A program made the position numbers and the translations under genes. The notes under the pieces were generated by a model. It had not been told where the DNA came from and made no database searches. It saw nothing but the letters and a program-made list of their open reading frames with translations. Of a stretch of 64,000 nucleotides of DNA, positions 45,068-56,896 are shown piece by piece; within the stretch, counting starts at the first letter, position 1; each line of letters begins with the position of its first letter. Source of the stretch: Gammaproteobacteria bacterium. GTDB taxonomy: Bacteria > Pseudomonadota > Gammaproteobacteria > GCA-002705445 > GCA-002716945. Location of the stretch: the NCBI GenBank assembly GCA_038142325.1, contig JAYQJW010000002.1, positions 766,575 through 830,574 on the forward strand, read 5' to 3'.

Positions 45068-45889
45068 CTACTCTTGTCTAATAGATAATACGTTTTTATA
45101 GATTTCCTTTTTAGAATCTGTCGAAAACAACTTTATAACCTCCACAATATCCTTATTAGATAACTTTTTAGAAATTAATTTTATAATTGCCTGGTGATAG
45201 TGACTAGTCGATTTAATGTTCTTACCTGGGCCAATTATAATTACAAACTCACCTTTAGGCGCATTATTCCCAAAAAAATCAATTATTTCGTCAATATTGC
45301 CGTGTATAATAGATTCATGGATTTTAGTTAACTCTCTAAAAATCCCGATAGTTACATTGTCATAAATTTCTTTCACATCATTTAAAAGATCTATTACTCT
45401 ATGTTTACTCTCAAATAAAACTAGAGGGAGTTTATTTGGATATAAACTTATTAGTTTACTTTTCCTGTCTGATGACTTTTTAGGCAAAAATCCAAGAAAT
45501 ATAAACGAGTTGATTGGTATTCTAGACACAGATAGTGCGCAACTTAATGACGAAGCTCCAGGGATTGGTATTACATTAGTAGACTTACTTATATTTGATT
45601 GAACGAAGAATCCAGGGTCTGAAATTGAAGGTGTGCCGGCATCTGTTACTAATGCAACATTATGATTTTTTTTTAGATAATTAATGATAGATTGAGCCTT
45701 TATACTTTCGTTATCTTTATTGTAGGAAAATACTTTCTTATCGATATCATAGTGAGACAGTAATTTTTTAGTCCTTTCTATGCTCTCTGCAAAAATTACA
45801 TCAACACCTTTTAATGTATTGATAGCTCTTAATGTGATGTCTTCTAGATTACCAATAGGAGTTGAGACTAAATATAAATTTCCTTGCAT
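45068..45889 (-). CDS. rsmI: 16S rRNA (cytidine1402-2'-O)-methyltransferase
   Basis: The N-terminus LYLVSTPIGNLEDITLRAINTLKGVDVIFAE and the motif TDAGTPSISDPG are present. Confidence 0.9.
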   Translation of the reverse strand: MQGNLYLVSTPIGNLEDITLRAINTLKGVDVIFAESIERTKKLLSHYDIDKKVFSYNKDNESIKAQSIINYLKKNHNVALVTDAGTPSISDPGFFVQSNISKSTNVIPIPGASSLSCALSVSRIPINSFIFLGFLPKKSSDRKSKLISLYPNKLPLVLFESKHRVIDLLNDVKEIYDNVTIGIFRELTKIHESIIHGNIDEIIDFFGNNAPKGEFVIIIGPGKNIKSTSHYHQAIIKLISKKLSNKDIVEVIKLFSTDSKKEIYKNVLSIRQE

Positions 45890-45951
45890 GAACTAACTTT
45901 ATCACAGGCAATATATTATCTAATATAATTATCCCGGTTTCTGAGTTGAAA

Positions 45952-46578
45952 TTAAATATTAAAAAGTTCTTTTTCAGATTCAGTAAGACTTTCCTGAAAT
46001 GATTCTCTTTCAAATATTCTCTCAGAGTATTCAGATATGATTTTGCTATTTTGAGCTAAATCAAAATCAAGTGATTTAAGCCTCCAGAGTAAAGGCGCTA
46101 AACTTGCGTCGACTAGCCCAAAATCATCGCTCATAAAAAATCCGTTTGTTTTAATTAGTGGAGCTATCTCTAAAAAATAACTTTTAATCTTATCAATGAA
46201 TTTAATGTCCAATTGCTCATCATTATAAGATTTAATATATTCGGGATACCATTGATTTTCTATTTCATATAATGCAAGCCTAAATTTAGCTCTAGAAATT
46301 GGATCGACTGGTAGTAATGGTGGATGCGGAAATCTTTCATCAAGATATTCAATAATTACTCTCGAATTTTGAAGAACTAATTCTCTGTCAACCAAAGATG
46401 GGTATTGGTCATATGGGCTAAGAATTTTAATTTCGTCAGGTATGTTACTTAGGTCTACCTCATGTATTTCAGCAGATATCTCTTTTTCTTTTATTACTAT
46501 TCGAGTTCTATGACTCTCAAGACAATTTGATAGAGAAAATAATAATATCGCAGATCTGCGATTAGCCAACAATGTCAT
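45952..46578 (-). CDS. sspA: stringent starvation protein A (GST-like)
   Basis: ANRRSAILLFS..SHRTRIVIKEKEIS..PSLVDRELVLQNSRVIIEYLDERFPHPPLLPVDP closely parallels E. coli SspA. No sspB follows it. Confidence 0.92.
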   Translation of the reverse strand: MTLLANRRSAILLFSLSNCLESHRTRIVIKEKEISAEIHEVDLSNIPDEIKILSPYDQYPSLVDRELVLQNSRVIIEYLDERFPHPPLLPVDPISRAKFRLALYEIENQWYPEYIKSYNDEQLDIKFIDKIKSYFLEIAPLIKTNGFFMSDDFGLVDASLAPLLWRLKSLDFDLAQNSKIISEYSERIFERESFQESLTESEKELFNI

Positions 46579-47294
46579 TATTTAACATCTCTCCAATATT
46601 CTATCTTAAGAAGATAAGTAATAAAGACAAAAAAGACAAGGAATATCATTACCCACAAGCCTATTGAATATCTCTCAAGTTGCGCAGGTTCTGATACATA
46701 GGTTAAAAAGTTTACTAAATCTGTAATTTCTTGCTCATACTGCTTTTGCGTGAGTTCACCTTTTATTTTGACTGATAACATGCTGTTACTGTCTAGTGTC
46801 TTTAAACCTTCTTTATACCAAAGAACATGAGGCATGTTGACATTTGGATAAAGAATATTATTCACTCCCATCGGTCTTGTGTCATCCTCATAAAAAGATG
46901 TAAGAAAAGTATAAATCCACTCTGGTCCACGAGATCTTGCAGTTAGAGTTAGGTCAGGTGGTACAACACCAAAAACTTCTTTAATTGAGTCAGAATTTAC
47001 AGAATTTAGGACAGTCGATCCAAGTTTTGTTTTCTCACCTTTATTAGTTGTTAGTATAAGATTAGACTTAACCATCTCTTCGCTGATACCTAAATCATCA
47101 ACAAATTTACTGTATCTATGATATTGAAGAGTATGACATCCGGCACAATTATTAAAATAGATTTGTGCTCCCCTCTGTAATGATGCCTTATTTCCTAAAT
47201 CTATAAATACAGGCTTAAGCTCACCTCCAGATGCTGTGTGAGCAAGTTGAGTAATTAACATTAAAGGCAATAAATAAAGACAAAATCTAATCAT
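46578..47294 (-). CDS. petC: cytochrome c1 (ubiquinol-cytochrome c reductase)
   Basis: It has a signal peptide, the heme motif CAGCH and a C-terminal TM anchor. It follows petB. Confidence 0.9.
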   Translation of the reverse strand: MIRFCLYLLPLMLITQLAHTASGGELKPVFIDLGNKASLQRGAQIYFNNCAGCHTLQYHRYSKFVDDLGISEEMVKSNLILTTNKGEKTKLGSTVLNSVNSDSIKEVFGVVPPDLTLTARSRGPEWIYTFLTSFYEDDTRPMGVNNILYPNVNMPHVLWYKEGLKTLDSNSMLSVKIKGELTQKQYEQEITDLVNFLTYVSEPAQLERYSIGLWVMIFLVFFVFITYLLKIEYWRDVK

Positions 47295-48504
47295 GCATTG
47301 TTACTCTGTCGGGAACTGGCTTAGTTTTCTCATTTTTACTTGTTATATAAAGCAGAACAAAAAATGCAAAATAAACTAAAGTAAATAGTCTACCAAGTAG
47401 AGTTAGTGTCGGAGTTGCTGCTTTCATACCTATATAGCCTAATCCTATAAAACTCACTACAAATGATACAAGTAATACTTTATAGGTAGTTGATCTGTAT
47501 CTTATTGATTTGACTTTGCATCTATCTAGCCAGGGCATTAAGAAGAGAACAAAAATTGCTAAGCCCATAGCAATGACACCTCCTAATTTATCTGGTATTG
47601 CTCTTAGTATTGCGTAAAATGGCGTAAAATACCAAACTGGAACAATGTGTTCAGGAGTTTTAAGTGGATCTGCTGGTACGAAATTATCTTTTTCCAGAAA
47701 AAATCCTCCAAATTCAGGAAGGAAGAATACAACAAACATAAATATAGTAAGAAATACTGCAAGACCAAAGATGTCTTTAACAGTGTAATATGGATGAAAT
47801 GGAATGCCATCAATTGGAACGCCGTCATTATTTTTATTTTCTTTAATTTCTATGCCATCTGGATTATTCGAACCTACAGTATGCAAAGCTGCAATATGTA
47901 GATAAATTACTGCAAACAGCAATAGAGGTAGTGCTATTACATGGAATGCAAAAAATCTATTTAAGGTCGCATCAGAAATAACATAGTCGCCACGAATCCA
48001 AAGAGCAAGAGACTCACCAATAAATGGTATTGCTCCAAAAAGTGAGATTATAACCTGAGCGCCCCAGTATGACATTTGTCCCCATGGAAGCAGATATCCC
48101 ATAAATGCTTCTGCCATCAGAAGAACAAAAATAAACATACCAAACAGCCATAGAAGTTCTCTTGGCTTTTTGTACGATCCATACATCAACGCTCTCAACA
48201 TATGTAGATAGATAACTATGAAAAAAAATGAGGCTCCAGTTGAATGCATATATCTTATTAACCAGCCCCACTCTACATCTCTCATGATGTATTCTACTGA
48301 CGCAAAAGCAGATGCTGCATCGGGCTTATAGTTAATTGTAAGAAAAATTCCTGTAATAATTTGTAAAATAAAAACGAAAAGGGCTAAGCTTCCAAAAAAA
48401 TAAAAGAAATTAAAGTTTTTAGGAGCGTAATATTCTGATAAGTGATTTTTTACAAACTTAGTTAGAGGAAGCCTCTCGTCTATCCAGGCGATTAATCTGC
48501 TCAT
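47287..48504 (-). CDS. petB: cytochrome b (ubiquinol-cytochrome c reductase)
   Basis: It is a 405-aa protein with ..[17 protein letters not shown].. and PEWY-like [14 protein letters not shown]. Confidence 0.95.
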   Translation of the reverse strand: MSRLIAWIDERLPLTKFVKNHLSEYYAPKNFNFFYFFGSLALFVFILQIITGIFLTINYKPDAASAFASVEYIMRDVEWGWLIRYMHSTGASFFFIVIYLHMLRALMYGSYKKPRELLWLFGMFIFVLLMAEAFMGYLLPWGQMSYWGAQVIISLFGAIPFIGESLALWIRGDYVISDATLNRFFAFHVIALPLLLFAVIYLHIAALHTVGSNNPDGIEIKENKNNDGVPIDGIPFHPYYTVKDIFGLAVFLTIFMFVVFFLPEFGGFFLEKDNFVPADPLKTPEHIVPVWYFTPFYAILRAIPDKLGGVIAMGLAIFVLFLMPWLDRCKVKSIRYRSTTYKVLLVSFVVSFIGLGYIGMKAATPTLTLLGRLFTLVYFAFFVLLYITSKNEKTKPVPDRVTMHD

Positions 48505-49109
48505 GATGCGCTATCTTCCCCAACAATAAGTTTTGTTTCACTAGCAAAGTAATAAGGTGGTACTTCTAAATTGTATGGTGCGGGCATACCTTTATGTACA
48601 CGTCCTGACAAATCAAACTTTGAGCCATGACATGGACAGAAGAAACCTCCCTTCCATTCTAGACCTAGATCTTTATTTTCTCCTGGTTTGTAAAGTGGAG
48701 AGCATCCCAAGTGTGTGCATACACCGAGTAAAACTAAATACTCAGGTTTTATAGATCTAAATTTGTTTTGAGCATATTGAGGTTGATGTTCACCTGTTGA
48801 TTCAGAGTCAGCTAAATAGTCAACTTGGTTTTCAATTTTAGCTAGCATCTCTGGTGTACGATGAACTACCCAAACAGGTTTCCCCCTCCACTCTATAATC
48901 TTGAAAGCGCCTGGTTTTATTCCCGTTAAATCTATCTCTACTGGTGCACCAGCCATTTTAGTTTTTTCACTAGGAGACATTGTTGATAAGAATGGAATAG
49001 CAGCAAACACTGCTCCGACTCCGCCCATCACCTTAGTGAGATTTGTGAGAAATTTTCTTCTGTTTGGAGATTTATTACCTTTATTTTCGTCCATGTTTTT
49101 GAAGTACAA
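48501..49109 (-). CDS. petA: ubiquinol-cytochrome c reductase Rieske iron-sulfur subunit
   Basis: It has a Tat-like RRKFL signal and the Rieske boxes CTHLGC and CPCHGS. Confidence 0.93.
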   Translation of the reverse strand: MYFKNMDENKGNKSPNRRKFLTNLTKVMGGVGAVFAAIPFLSTMSPSEKTKMAGAPVEIDLTGIKPGAFKIIEWRGKPVWVVHRTPEMLAKIENQVDYLADSESTGEHQPQYAQNKFRSIKPEYLVLLGVCTHLGCSPLYKPGENKDLGLEWKGGFFCPCHGSKFDLSGRVHKGMPAPYNLEVPPYYFASETKLIVGEDSAS

Positions 49110-49173
49110 TTTTGGGAGTAATATATCATATAATCATTCTCTAATATATACTTTAACCATACTTATTTGGATT

Positions 49174-50169
49174 ATGCTTAAAGAACTTACTAAATATGTG
49201 GTGATAGGAATACTTGCTGGTTTTATAGCTTACTCATTCACATTAAAGAAACCTGTGTCAATTAAAGTGACTGAATCAGAAACAAGTATGGCCAGTATAT
49301 CTAAAGATTCCTTCAATCACATATACTCATCTGTTAAAGATTCTGTAGTTACAATCAAAACAAATATCGGACGTGGGTCAGGTGTTGTTGTTACAGATCA
49401 AGGTCATATTGTAACGAATGAGCATGTTATTAGAGGTGCTAGGCAGATTCAGATCATAACATCTGATAATGTATCTTTCCCAGCTACCATTGTTGGTACA
49501 GATGCTATAACAGACATTGCATTACTAAAAAGCAATTACATTGGTGAACCAATAATATTCTCAGACTCATCAAAAGCAAAAATAGGTGATATCGTTTTAG
49601 CAATAGGAAATCCCTTTGGTGTAGGTCAAACACTAACTCAAGGTATCATCTCTAGAACAAATAGTGGGCATATTACTGAAAATCCCCTTGATGAGTTTCT
49701 TCAATCTGATGCAGCAATTAATCCAGGTAATTCAGGAGGCGCCATGGTGAACACATCAGGAAAATTAATAGGAATAAATACAATGAATCTATCTTTAGGT
49801 GGAGGAAGTGATGGGATTGGTCTAGCTGTCCCATCAAATTTAGTGAAAAACATTATTGAACAGATAATTAAATATGGTCAAGTTGTCAGAGGATATGTTG
49901 GCTTATCTGCTTACGATACTCCAAATGGAGTCATGATTACAAAAGTTCTTAAAAATGGACCAGCAGACCTAGCTGGACTAAAGCCAAGAGACATAATACT
50001 TAGTATTAATGATATGAAAATTAAAAACATTAAACAGGTAGTTAAAATTGTTGCATCACTTGAAGTAAATCAGAAAATTACTGTTAAGCATTTAAGGAAT
50101 GAAAGCGTCTTAGAAACGGTAATAAACGTTGCCCAAATGCCTGAATCTCATAAAACTATAAATAGATAG
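49174..50169 (+). CDS. S1C-family serine endoprotease with one PDZ domain (DegS/AlgW-like)
   Basis: It has an N-terminal TM anchor, the catalytic residues TNEHV, DIALLK and GNSGGA, and a PDZ domain (VMITKVLKNGPADLAGLKPRDIIL). The ORF-track start at 48901 overlaps petA, so I place the start at the ATG at 49174 (MLKELTKYVVIG..). Confidence 0.82.
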   Translation: MLKELTKYVVIGILAGFIAYSFTLKKPVSIKVTESETSMASISKDSFNHIYSSVKDSVVTIKTNIGRGSGVVVTDQGHIVTNEHVIRGARQIQIITSDNVSFPATIVGTDAITDIALLKSNYIGEPIIFSDSSKAKIGDIVLAIGNPFGVGQTLTQGIISRTNSGHITENPLDEFLQSDAAINPGNSGGAMVNTSGKLIGINTMNLSLGGGSDGIGLAVPSNLVKNIIEQIIKYGQVVRGYVGLSAYDTPNGVMITKVLKNGPADLAGLKPRDIILSINDMKIKNIKQVVKIVASLEVNQKITVKHLRNESVLETVINVAQMPESHKTINR

Positions 50170-51461
50170 TTACTTTCTTAATTTTGCTGAATTTGAATGT
50201 GAATACAATCCTTCACAGTCTGCCAATTGTGATGCTATTTCAGCTAATTCTTTTGAATGAGATTTTGATATCTTCATTAGACTTGTGCGTTTTAGAAAAT
50301 CATAAACACCTAGAGGTGAGGCATACTTAGCTGAACCATTCGTTGGCAAAACATGGTTTGGGCCTGCGCAATAATCTCCAAATACTTCAGGACTATTTTC
50401 TCCTATAAAGATTGCGCCTGCATTCCTTATTTTATCCTCTAATTTATATCTTTCATATCCAAATATTTCTAGATGCTCAGGAGCAATATTATCAGCTATC
50501 TCAACTATACTCTTGAATAGTATTTGCTTTTATAAAAAGGCCTCTAGAGGTAAGAGATTTTTTTATTATGTCTTTTCTCGTTTGATGAGTTAATAACTTA
50601 TCAATCTGTTTGTTAACATCATTGATTAACTTATCACTAGTAGACAAAAGAATTGCTTGAGCAAGTTCATCATGCTCAGCTTGCGCAAACATATCAGTAG
50701 CAATTAGCTCTGGATTAGTATTTTTATCTGCGATTATGAGCACCTCTGATGGACCAGCAAAACTATCAATGCCAACTTTACCAAAAACTTTCTTTTTAGC
50801 AGTCGCAACATAGATGTTGCCAGGTCCAACGATTTTATCGACTGCTTTGAATAGTCTTTGTGCCAAAAGCAAGCGCGGCAATAGCATGTGCTCCACCAAA
50901 TTTGAAAATCTTATCAACTCCACATAAATCAGCTGCAACTAAAACTAGTGGATTTAATTTTCCATTAATAGGAGGGCATGTCATAACAATATTTTTTACG
51001 CCAGCAATCTTTGCTGGAATAGCATTCATTAGAACTGTAGAGGGATAACTTGCTTTGCCGCCAGGCACATAGATTCCCACGTTCTCAATAGGTACTACTT
51101 TTTCACCTATTTTGGAGCCCTTAACATTGATATGCCAGCTTCTTAATTTTTGATTATTAGAGAATTTTTTAATATTACGCATAGCCTGTTTAAGACTTGA
51201 CAGAGTTTTTTTTGATACAGATGAATATGCAGCATTTATTTCTTTTTTAGTTACTACTGAATCAGAAATTTTTTTATAAGATGTTTTATCATATTGTTTA
51301 ATAAACTTACGTAATCCAACATCGCCATACCTTTCAACATGATCTAAAATTTTTTGAACATTTTGCTCTATAAGGTATGAGTTCGCTTGTTTGAAAGATA
51401 CAAATTGAGATAGTTTGCTATTAAAATTAGCTTGAGATGAATTTAAAACCTTAATTTTCAT
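50170..51461 (-). CDS. hisD: histidinol dehydrogenase; frame broken twice
   Basis: There are three colinear pieces. The first runs to ..GGAHAIAALAFGTKTI. The second is KAVDKIVGPGNIYVATAKK..AGPSEVLIIAD..AQAEHD. The third, an unlisted frame over 50170-50515, is SIVEIADNIAPEHLEI..GDYCAGPNHVLPT..SAKLRK*. The junctions lie at about 50842-50856 and 50501-50520. Confidence 0.93.
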
Positions 51462-52511
51462 TTATCGCTTGCAATGTTTCATCAATGCTTGTTATAAGGT
51501 CTTCGGTTTCACTCCAACCAATACAAGAATCGGTAATACTTTGTCCATATTTAAGCTTTTTTCTTTATCATCAATTTTTTGATTTCCCTCAACAAGATTG
51601 CTTTCTAACATTAATCCTATAATATTTTTTTCACCAGATAATAATTGCTGTCTCACGTCCTCAACAACATTGACTTGTAGCTTATAGTTTTTGTGACTGT
51701 TCGCATGACTCGCATCAATCATAATATTAGGCAACATGCCATTATCTACAAGTATTTTTGAAGATTCCTTAACATCTTCTGATGTATAATTAACTTTATT
51801 ATTACCGCCACGATGTATTATGTGACAATCCATGTTTCCTGAGGTATTAAAAATAGCTGATTTACCTTCTTTAGTTACAGAAAGAAAGCTATGAGAGTGT
51901 CTAGCTGCGTTCATTGCGTCTATCGCGATTTGTAGACTTCCATCAGTTCCATTTTTAAAACCAACTGGGCAAGATAATCCAGATGCTAATTCGCGATGGC
52001 TTTGACTCTCAGTCGTCCTTGCGCCAATAGCGCCCCAACTTATTAGATCTGAGACATACTGAGGACTGACTAAATCTAAAAATTCATGTCCACATGGTAT
52101 TTTCATTTCTGCTAAATCTATTAGTAACTGTCTAGCTAACCTGATGCCTTTATTTATCTTAAATGATCCATCAAGATCTGGATCGTTTATTAGGCCTTTC
52201 CAACCTACTACTGTTCTTGGTTTTTCAAAATAAACTCTCATGATTATCAAACAATTATCTGAAAGACTTTGGTTTAATTTTTTTAGATTAGTCGCATATT
52301 CTTTAGCAGCATCAATATCGTGAATTGAACATGGACCTACAACAATTATAAATTTTTTACTGGATTTATTTAAAATTGAGGATATTTCATCTCGGGCATT
52401 AATTATAGTTTCTATACCATCAGAGGACGGAGACATAGACTCAATAAGCTCTCTTGGACTAACAAGCTCTTGAGTATTTATAATTCTTAAGTCATCAGTC
52501 TTATTGGACAT
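51451..52511 (-). CDS. 3-deoxy-7-phosphoheptulonate (DAHP) synthase, class I (AroF/G/H type); frame broken once in a T6 run
   Basis: It has IVVGPCSIHD, EKPRTVVGWKGLINDP and the GARTTESQSHRE motif. Adding one T to T6 (51557-51562) restores the conserved tail ..KLKYGQSITDSCIGWSETE..AINEN*, which ends at 51451. The gene overlaps the hisG stop by 11 nt and the hisD start by 11 nt. Confidence 0.9.
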
Positions 52512-53118
52512 ATTTCTTTATTTCATCCAGAAAAAAATTAATTTCATCCCTTTTGATTTTGTAAGAAACCTTGTTAGCAATCAATAAAGATGAGATGTCT
52601 GAAATTTTATCATATTCTTTAAGTCCATTCTCTTTGAGAGTGTTTCCAGTTTCTACTATGTCTACAATAAAATCTGATAATTTCAATACTGGCGCCAACT
52701 CTACTGAACCATAGAGTTCTAAAATAGAACACTGTAATCCAATATGCTCAAAATAACTTTTAGTAATATTTGGATATTTTGTAGCAACTTTCATGTTGTT
52801 AAAATATTTAGATTTAGCTTTGCCTGCAACCACTAGCCTACACTGTGATAACTTCATATCATGCAATCTATAATGGTTTTCTTTATCATCTTCCATAAGT
52901 GTATCAGCACCAACGATACCGAGGTCAACTTTGCCTGAATCAATGTATACCGGTACATCAGAGGCTTTAATTACTATAACTTCCAAATTCTTATAATTAG
53001 TAGGGATAATTAATTTTCTAGATGTTATTGGATTGTATTTACACTCAATACCAATTTTTTGTAAAATAGCGTTACATTTTTCCAGGATTCTACCTTTGGC
53101 TATAGCTAATCTAATCAT
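52501..53118 (-). CDS. hisG: ATP phosphoribosyltransferase, short form (HisG-S)
   Basis: It is 205 aa, with IRLAIAKGRI, DVPVYIDSGKVDLGIVGAD and DIVETGNTLKENGL. It has no C-terminal regulatory domain. Confidence 0.92.
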   Translation of the reverse strand: MIRLAIAKGRILEKCNAILQKIGIECKYNPITSRKLIIPTNYKNLEVIVIKASDVPVYIDSGKVDLGIVGADTLMEDDKENHYRLHDMKLSQCRLVVAGKAKSKYFNNMKVATKYPNITKSYFEHIGLQCSILELYGSVELAPVLKLSDFIVDIVETGNTLKENGLKEYDKISDISSLLIANKVSYKIKRDEINFFLDEIKKYVQ

Positions 53119-53129
53119 GGATATGCATT

Positions 53130-54389
53130 TTACATAGGTTTTCTTGAAATCCTAGCACCAATTAACTGTAGTTTCTCTTCAATACAGTCATAACCTCTAT
53201 CAATATGATAAACTCTTCCAATCTCAGTAGTTCCTTTTGCAGCTAAACCAGCTAAAATTAAACTGGCAGAAGCTCTGAGATCTGTAGCCATTACTGGAGC
53301 GCCATTTAATTCCTGGATGCCTGTAATTTCTGCTGTATTTTCTCTTATTTTAATTTTAGCCCCCATCCTCAAAAGCTCTTGTGCATGCATAAATCTATTT
53401 TCAAAAATATTTTCTTTAACAATACAGTCTCCCGAACCTAGACAATTTAGTGCTGTCATCTGTGCTTGCATATCAGTGGGAAATAATGGATAAGCATTAG
53501 TCTCAATATTCACTGCCTTCGGACGTTTTTTCATTTTTATTCTCACTGAATTTTTTAAGACTTTGATATCAACTCCTGACTCAGTAAGTTTATCTATCAC
53601 AGCTTTAGAGTGAGATGGAATAATGTTGCGTATTTCAACATCACCTTTAGTTATTGCTGCAGCAACCATAAAAGTTCCAGCTTCTATTCGATCAGGTAAA
53701 GGTTTGTGTGTTGTACCTTTAAGTTTATTTACGCCTTCTACTGTAATCTTATTTGTTCCATGACCTGAAATCTTTGCACCCATCTTAATTAAAAAATTGC
53801 ACAAATCAGATATCTCAGGCTCACATGCGCAATTTTCTATCACAGTTTTTCCCTCAGCTAGCGTGGCAGCCATTATTATATTCTCAGTTCCGGTGACAGA
53901 CTTACTAGGGAAAACTATTTTCGCGCCTTTTAGCCTATGAGCTTTTGCAGATACATAGCCACCTTCAACAGATATTGTTGCTCCCATTTTCTCTAATGCA
54001 GATAAATGCATATCAACAGGCCTCATTCCAATTGCACACCCTCCTGGCAGGGAAACTTTAGCCTCACCAAATCTAGATAATAGAGGCCCTAAAACTAAAA
54101 TTGATGACCTCATTGTCTTTACAAGTTCATATGGGGCATAGAGTGTATGAATTGTTGATGAGTCTAGAGAAATATGCATTAGTTCATCCATAGTGACGCT
54201 AACGCCCATCTGAGTTAAGAGCCTTGTGGTTGTTGTAACGTCTTGAAGGTGAGGGATGTTCTCAAGTTCAACTGAACCATTTGAAACCATAACAGATGCA
54301 CACAACATTGGTAAAACAGAGTTCTTAGCTCCTGAAATTTTTACTGAGCCAGTTAATGATTGTTGACCTTCTATTAAAAGCTTGTCCAT
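53130..54389 (-). CDS. murA: UDP-N-acetylglucosamine 1-carboxyvinyltransferase
   Basis: It has KISGAKNSVLP, the active-site loop LPGGCAIGMRPVD, and is 419 aa. Confidence 0.96.
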   Translation of the reverse strand: MDKLLIEGQQSLTGSVKISGAKNSVLPMLCASVMVSNGSVELENIPHLQDVTTTTRLLTQMGVSVTMDELMHISLDSSTIHTLYAPYELVKTMRSSILVLGPLLSRFGEAKVSLPGGCAIGMRPVDMHLSALEKMGATISVEGGYVSAKAHRLKGAKIVFPSKSVTGTENIIMAATLAEGKTVIENCACEPEISDLCNFLIKMGAKISGHGTNKITVEGVNKLKGTTHKPLPDRIEAGTFMVAAAITKGDVEIRNIIPSHSKAVIDKLTESGVDIKVLKNSVRIKMKKRPKAVNIETNAYPLFPTDMQAQMTALNCLGSGDCIVKENIFENRFMHAQELLRMGAKIKIRENTAEITGIQELNGAPVMATDLRASASLILAGLAAKGTTEIGRVYHIDRGYDCIEEKLQLIGARISRKPM

Positions 54390-54440
54390 GACTATATTTT
54401 GTTTGTTTCGATATTCTAAAAGTTTATACTCAATAAAGCT

Positions 54441-56892
54441 ATGCTTAAAAGAATTTCATTAATGTATGAGCGTTACATTCTCCATAACCCTATTAGAGTA
54501 TTACTCTTTTTGGCATTAATTTTATCTTTCTCTATAGTTAATATTAAATACTTCGAGCTAGATGCCTCTGCAGACACTCTAATTCTTGACGATGATGAAG
54601 ATTTAAAAAATTTTTCGTGATACCAACGAAAAATATAAATCAAGTGATTTTATGATATTAACAATTACGGATAAGTATCAAGATACATTTTCACCAGAAA
54701 CACTATCTTTTATAAAAACTCTAACACAAGAGATAACTAAAGCTGATTATGTTGAATCCGTTACCTCGATTACTAATATTCCATTAGTTACAAGTTCCCA
54801 AAAACCATTAACGGAACTGATCAATGAAGTTCCAAACATTTTAAGTGAAGATATAAATAAAAAATTAGCTAGAGAAGAAATATTATCTAGCCCGATATAT
54901 AAAGATTTGATAATTAGCTCTGATGCAAAAACTTCTGCGATGCAGATAGTAATAAGAAAAAATCAAAATCTTGTAGACGCATTAAATAAAAGAGATATGC
55001 TCTATCAAAAATATTCAAGCAATCCCATATATGAAGATGCGTACGTTGAATCAAAAGCAGCCTATGATTCTATTGCAAAAGAAGAAAAGGAAAATATTGG
55101 CGCATTAATAAAAGAATTAAGAGTCATACAAGATAAATACTCTTCAGAAAGATATGAGATTAGGCTTGGCGGAATACCAATGATTACTGATGATATGATT
55201 ACTTTTATAAGAAATGATTTAGTTAATTTTGGCATCGGTGTATTGGCTTTTATTCTTGTGACTCTAATCATAATATTCAGAAAAGTAATTTGGGTTATAG
55301 CCCCAGTAATTAATTGTATTTATGCAGTTATATTTATGATTGGATTACTGGGATATCTTGACTGGAAGGTTACAGTCATATCATCTAATTTTATATCTCT
55401 TATGCTTATTTTAACATTATCGATGAATATTCATATTATTGTACGGTATAGACAAATATACAGTTCTAAGAAAAATAGTAAATTTAACTCAATATCAGAA
55501 ACGATGAAAAAAATGATTTGGCCATGTCTTTATACCGCACTAACCACGATTGTTGCATTTGCATCATTAGTGTTTAGTGACATCAAACCCGTTATTGATT
55601 TTGGATATATGATGGTTATCGGGCTAACTACTCTTTTTATAACATCTTTTACTCTGCTTCCATGTGTAATTATAATTCTCTCAAATGATGAAAACTCAAT
55701 AATCAATAACAGTCAAACTAGTTCATTCATAACGGATATACTAGCAAATGTTGCTCGTAATCATGGAAAATACATTTATGCAGCAACAGTTTTTATTTCA
55801 ATAATTACGCTTTATGGACTTTTTCAGCTTAAAGTTGAAAACAGTTTTATAAACTACTTCAGATCAGATACCGAAATCCACAAAGGAATGAAATTGATAG
55901 ATAATGAGTTGGGTGGAACAACACCAATGGATATAATTTTGAAATTTGATAATTCGCAGAATTCTATAGATGATGATTTTGATGACTTATTCGGTGGCGA
56001 CGAGGACATCAAAAGTTCAAATTGGTTTACTACAGAAAAAATTAATAAAATAAAATATGTTCATGATTATCTAGACAACAACCAATACATAGGTAAAGTG
56101 TTATCTCTTGCTTCATCAATTCGGGTTGCTGAAATTGTGAATGATAATAAAGAGTTAAATAGCCTTGAAATGTCTTTGCTTTATAAAAAACTTCCTGATG
56201 AGGTTAAAGACATTGCGGTTAATCCGTATTTATCAATTGAACATAATGAGGCAAGAATTAGTGTTCGAATACTTGATTCTGATAAAGACCTCAGACGATC
56301 AGAGCTTATTAATACCATCAAATCTGATCTTACTACTGACCCTTACTTGAAATCAGATAATATCACCGTAACTGGCATACTAATTCTATACAACAACATG
56401 CTTCAAAGTTTATTTGATTCGCAAATTAAATCTTTAGGTTTTGTAATGCTGATTATTGCTCTAATGTTTCTGCTACTCTTTAGATCTTTTAGGCTAATGG
56501 TAATTGGAATAGTACCTAATCTGTTATCAGCGTTATTAGTTTTAGGAATAATGGGTATAATGAAACTTCCATTAGATATGATGACTATTACTATTGCAGC
56601 TATTACTGTTGGAATAGCAGTTGACAATAGCATTCATTATATTTATCGATATAGAGAAGAATACTATACTTATCAGGACTACCTCAAAACTGTAAGCGTG
56701 TGTCATTCCAGTATAGGTAAAGCAATATTTTTTACAGGTATAACAGTAATTTTTGGTTTCTCCATCTTAATCTTATCAAATTTTATTCCTACAATAATCT
56801 TTGGTACTTTGACAGGCCTTGCTATGTTTGTTGCGTTAATATCAGTTCTGACCTTACTACCTAGACTCCTTATCTCATTGAAACCACTTTGA
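54441..56892 (+). CDS. RND-superfamily MMPL/COG1033-type exporter (HpnN-like), ~815 aa; frame broken once near the 5' end
   Basis: A 59-codon N-terminal piece (54441-54620, MLKRISLMYERY..FELDASADTLILDDDEDLK) joins ORF 54652-56892 when one base is removed from the A6T5 run at 54605-54615, giving ..DLKNFRDTNEKYKSSDFMILTI... The protein has two blocks of about 6 TM helices, each preceded by a large periplasmic loop. Confidence 0.8.
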
Positions 56893-56896
56893 TAAT

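Noticed and set aside
48901-49173. A 91-codon N-terminal extension of the DegS-like protease ORF in the six-frame track.
   Set aside because: It lies antisense to the 5' part of petA, carries no protease motif, and the ATG at 49174 gives a normal TM anchor (MLKELTKYVVIGILAGFIAY).
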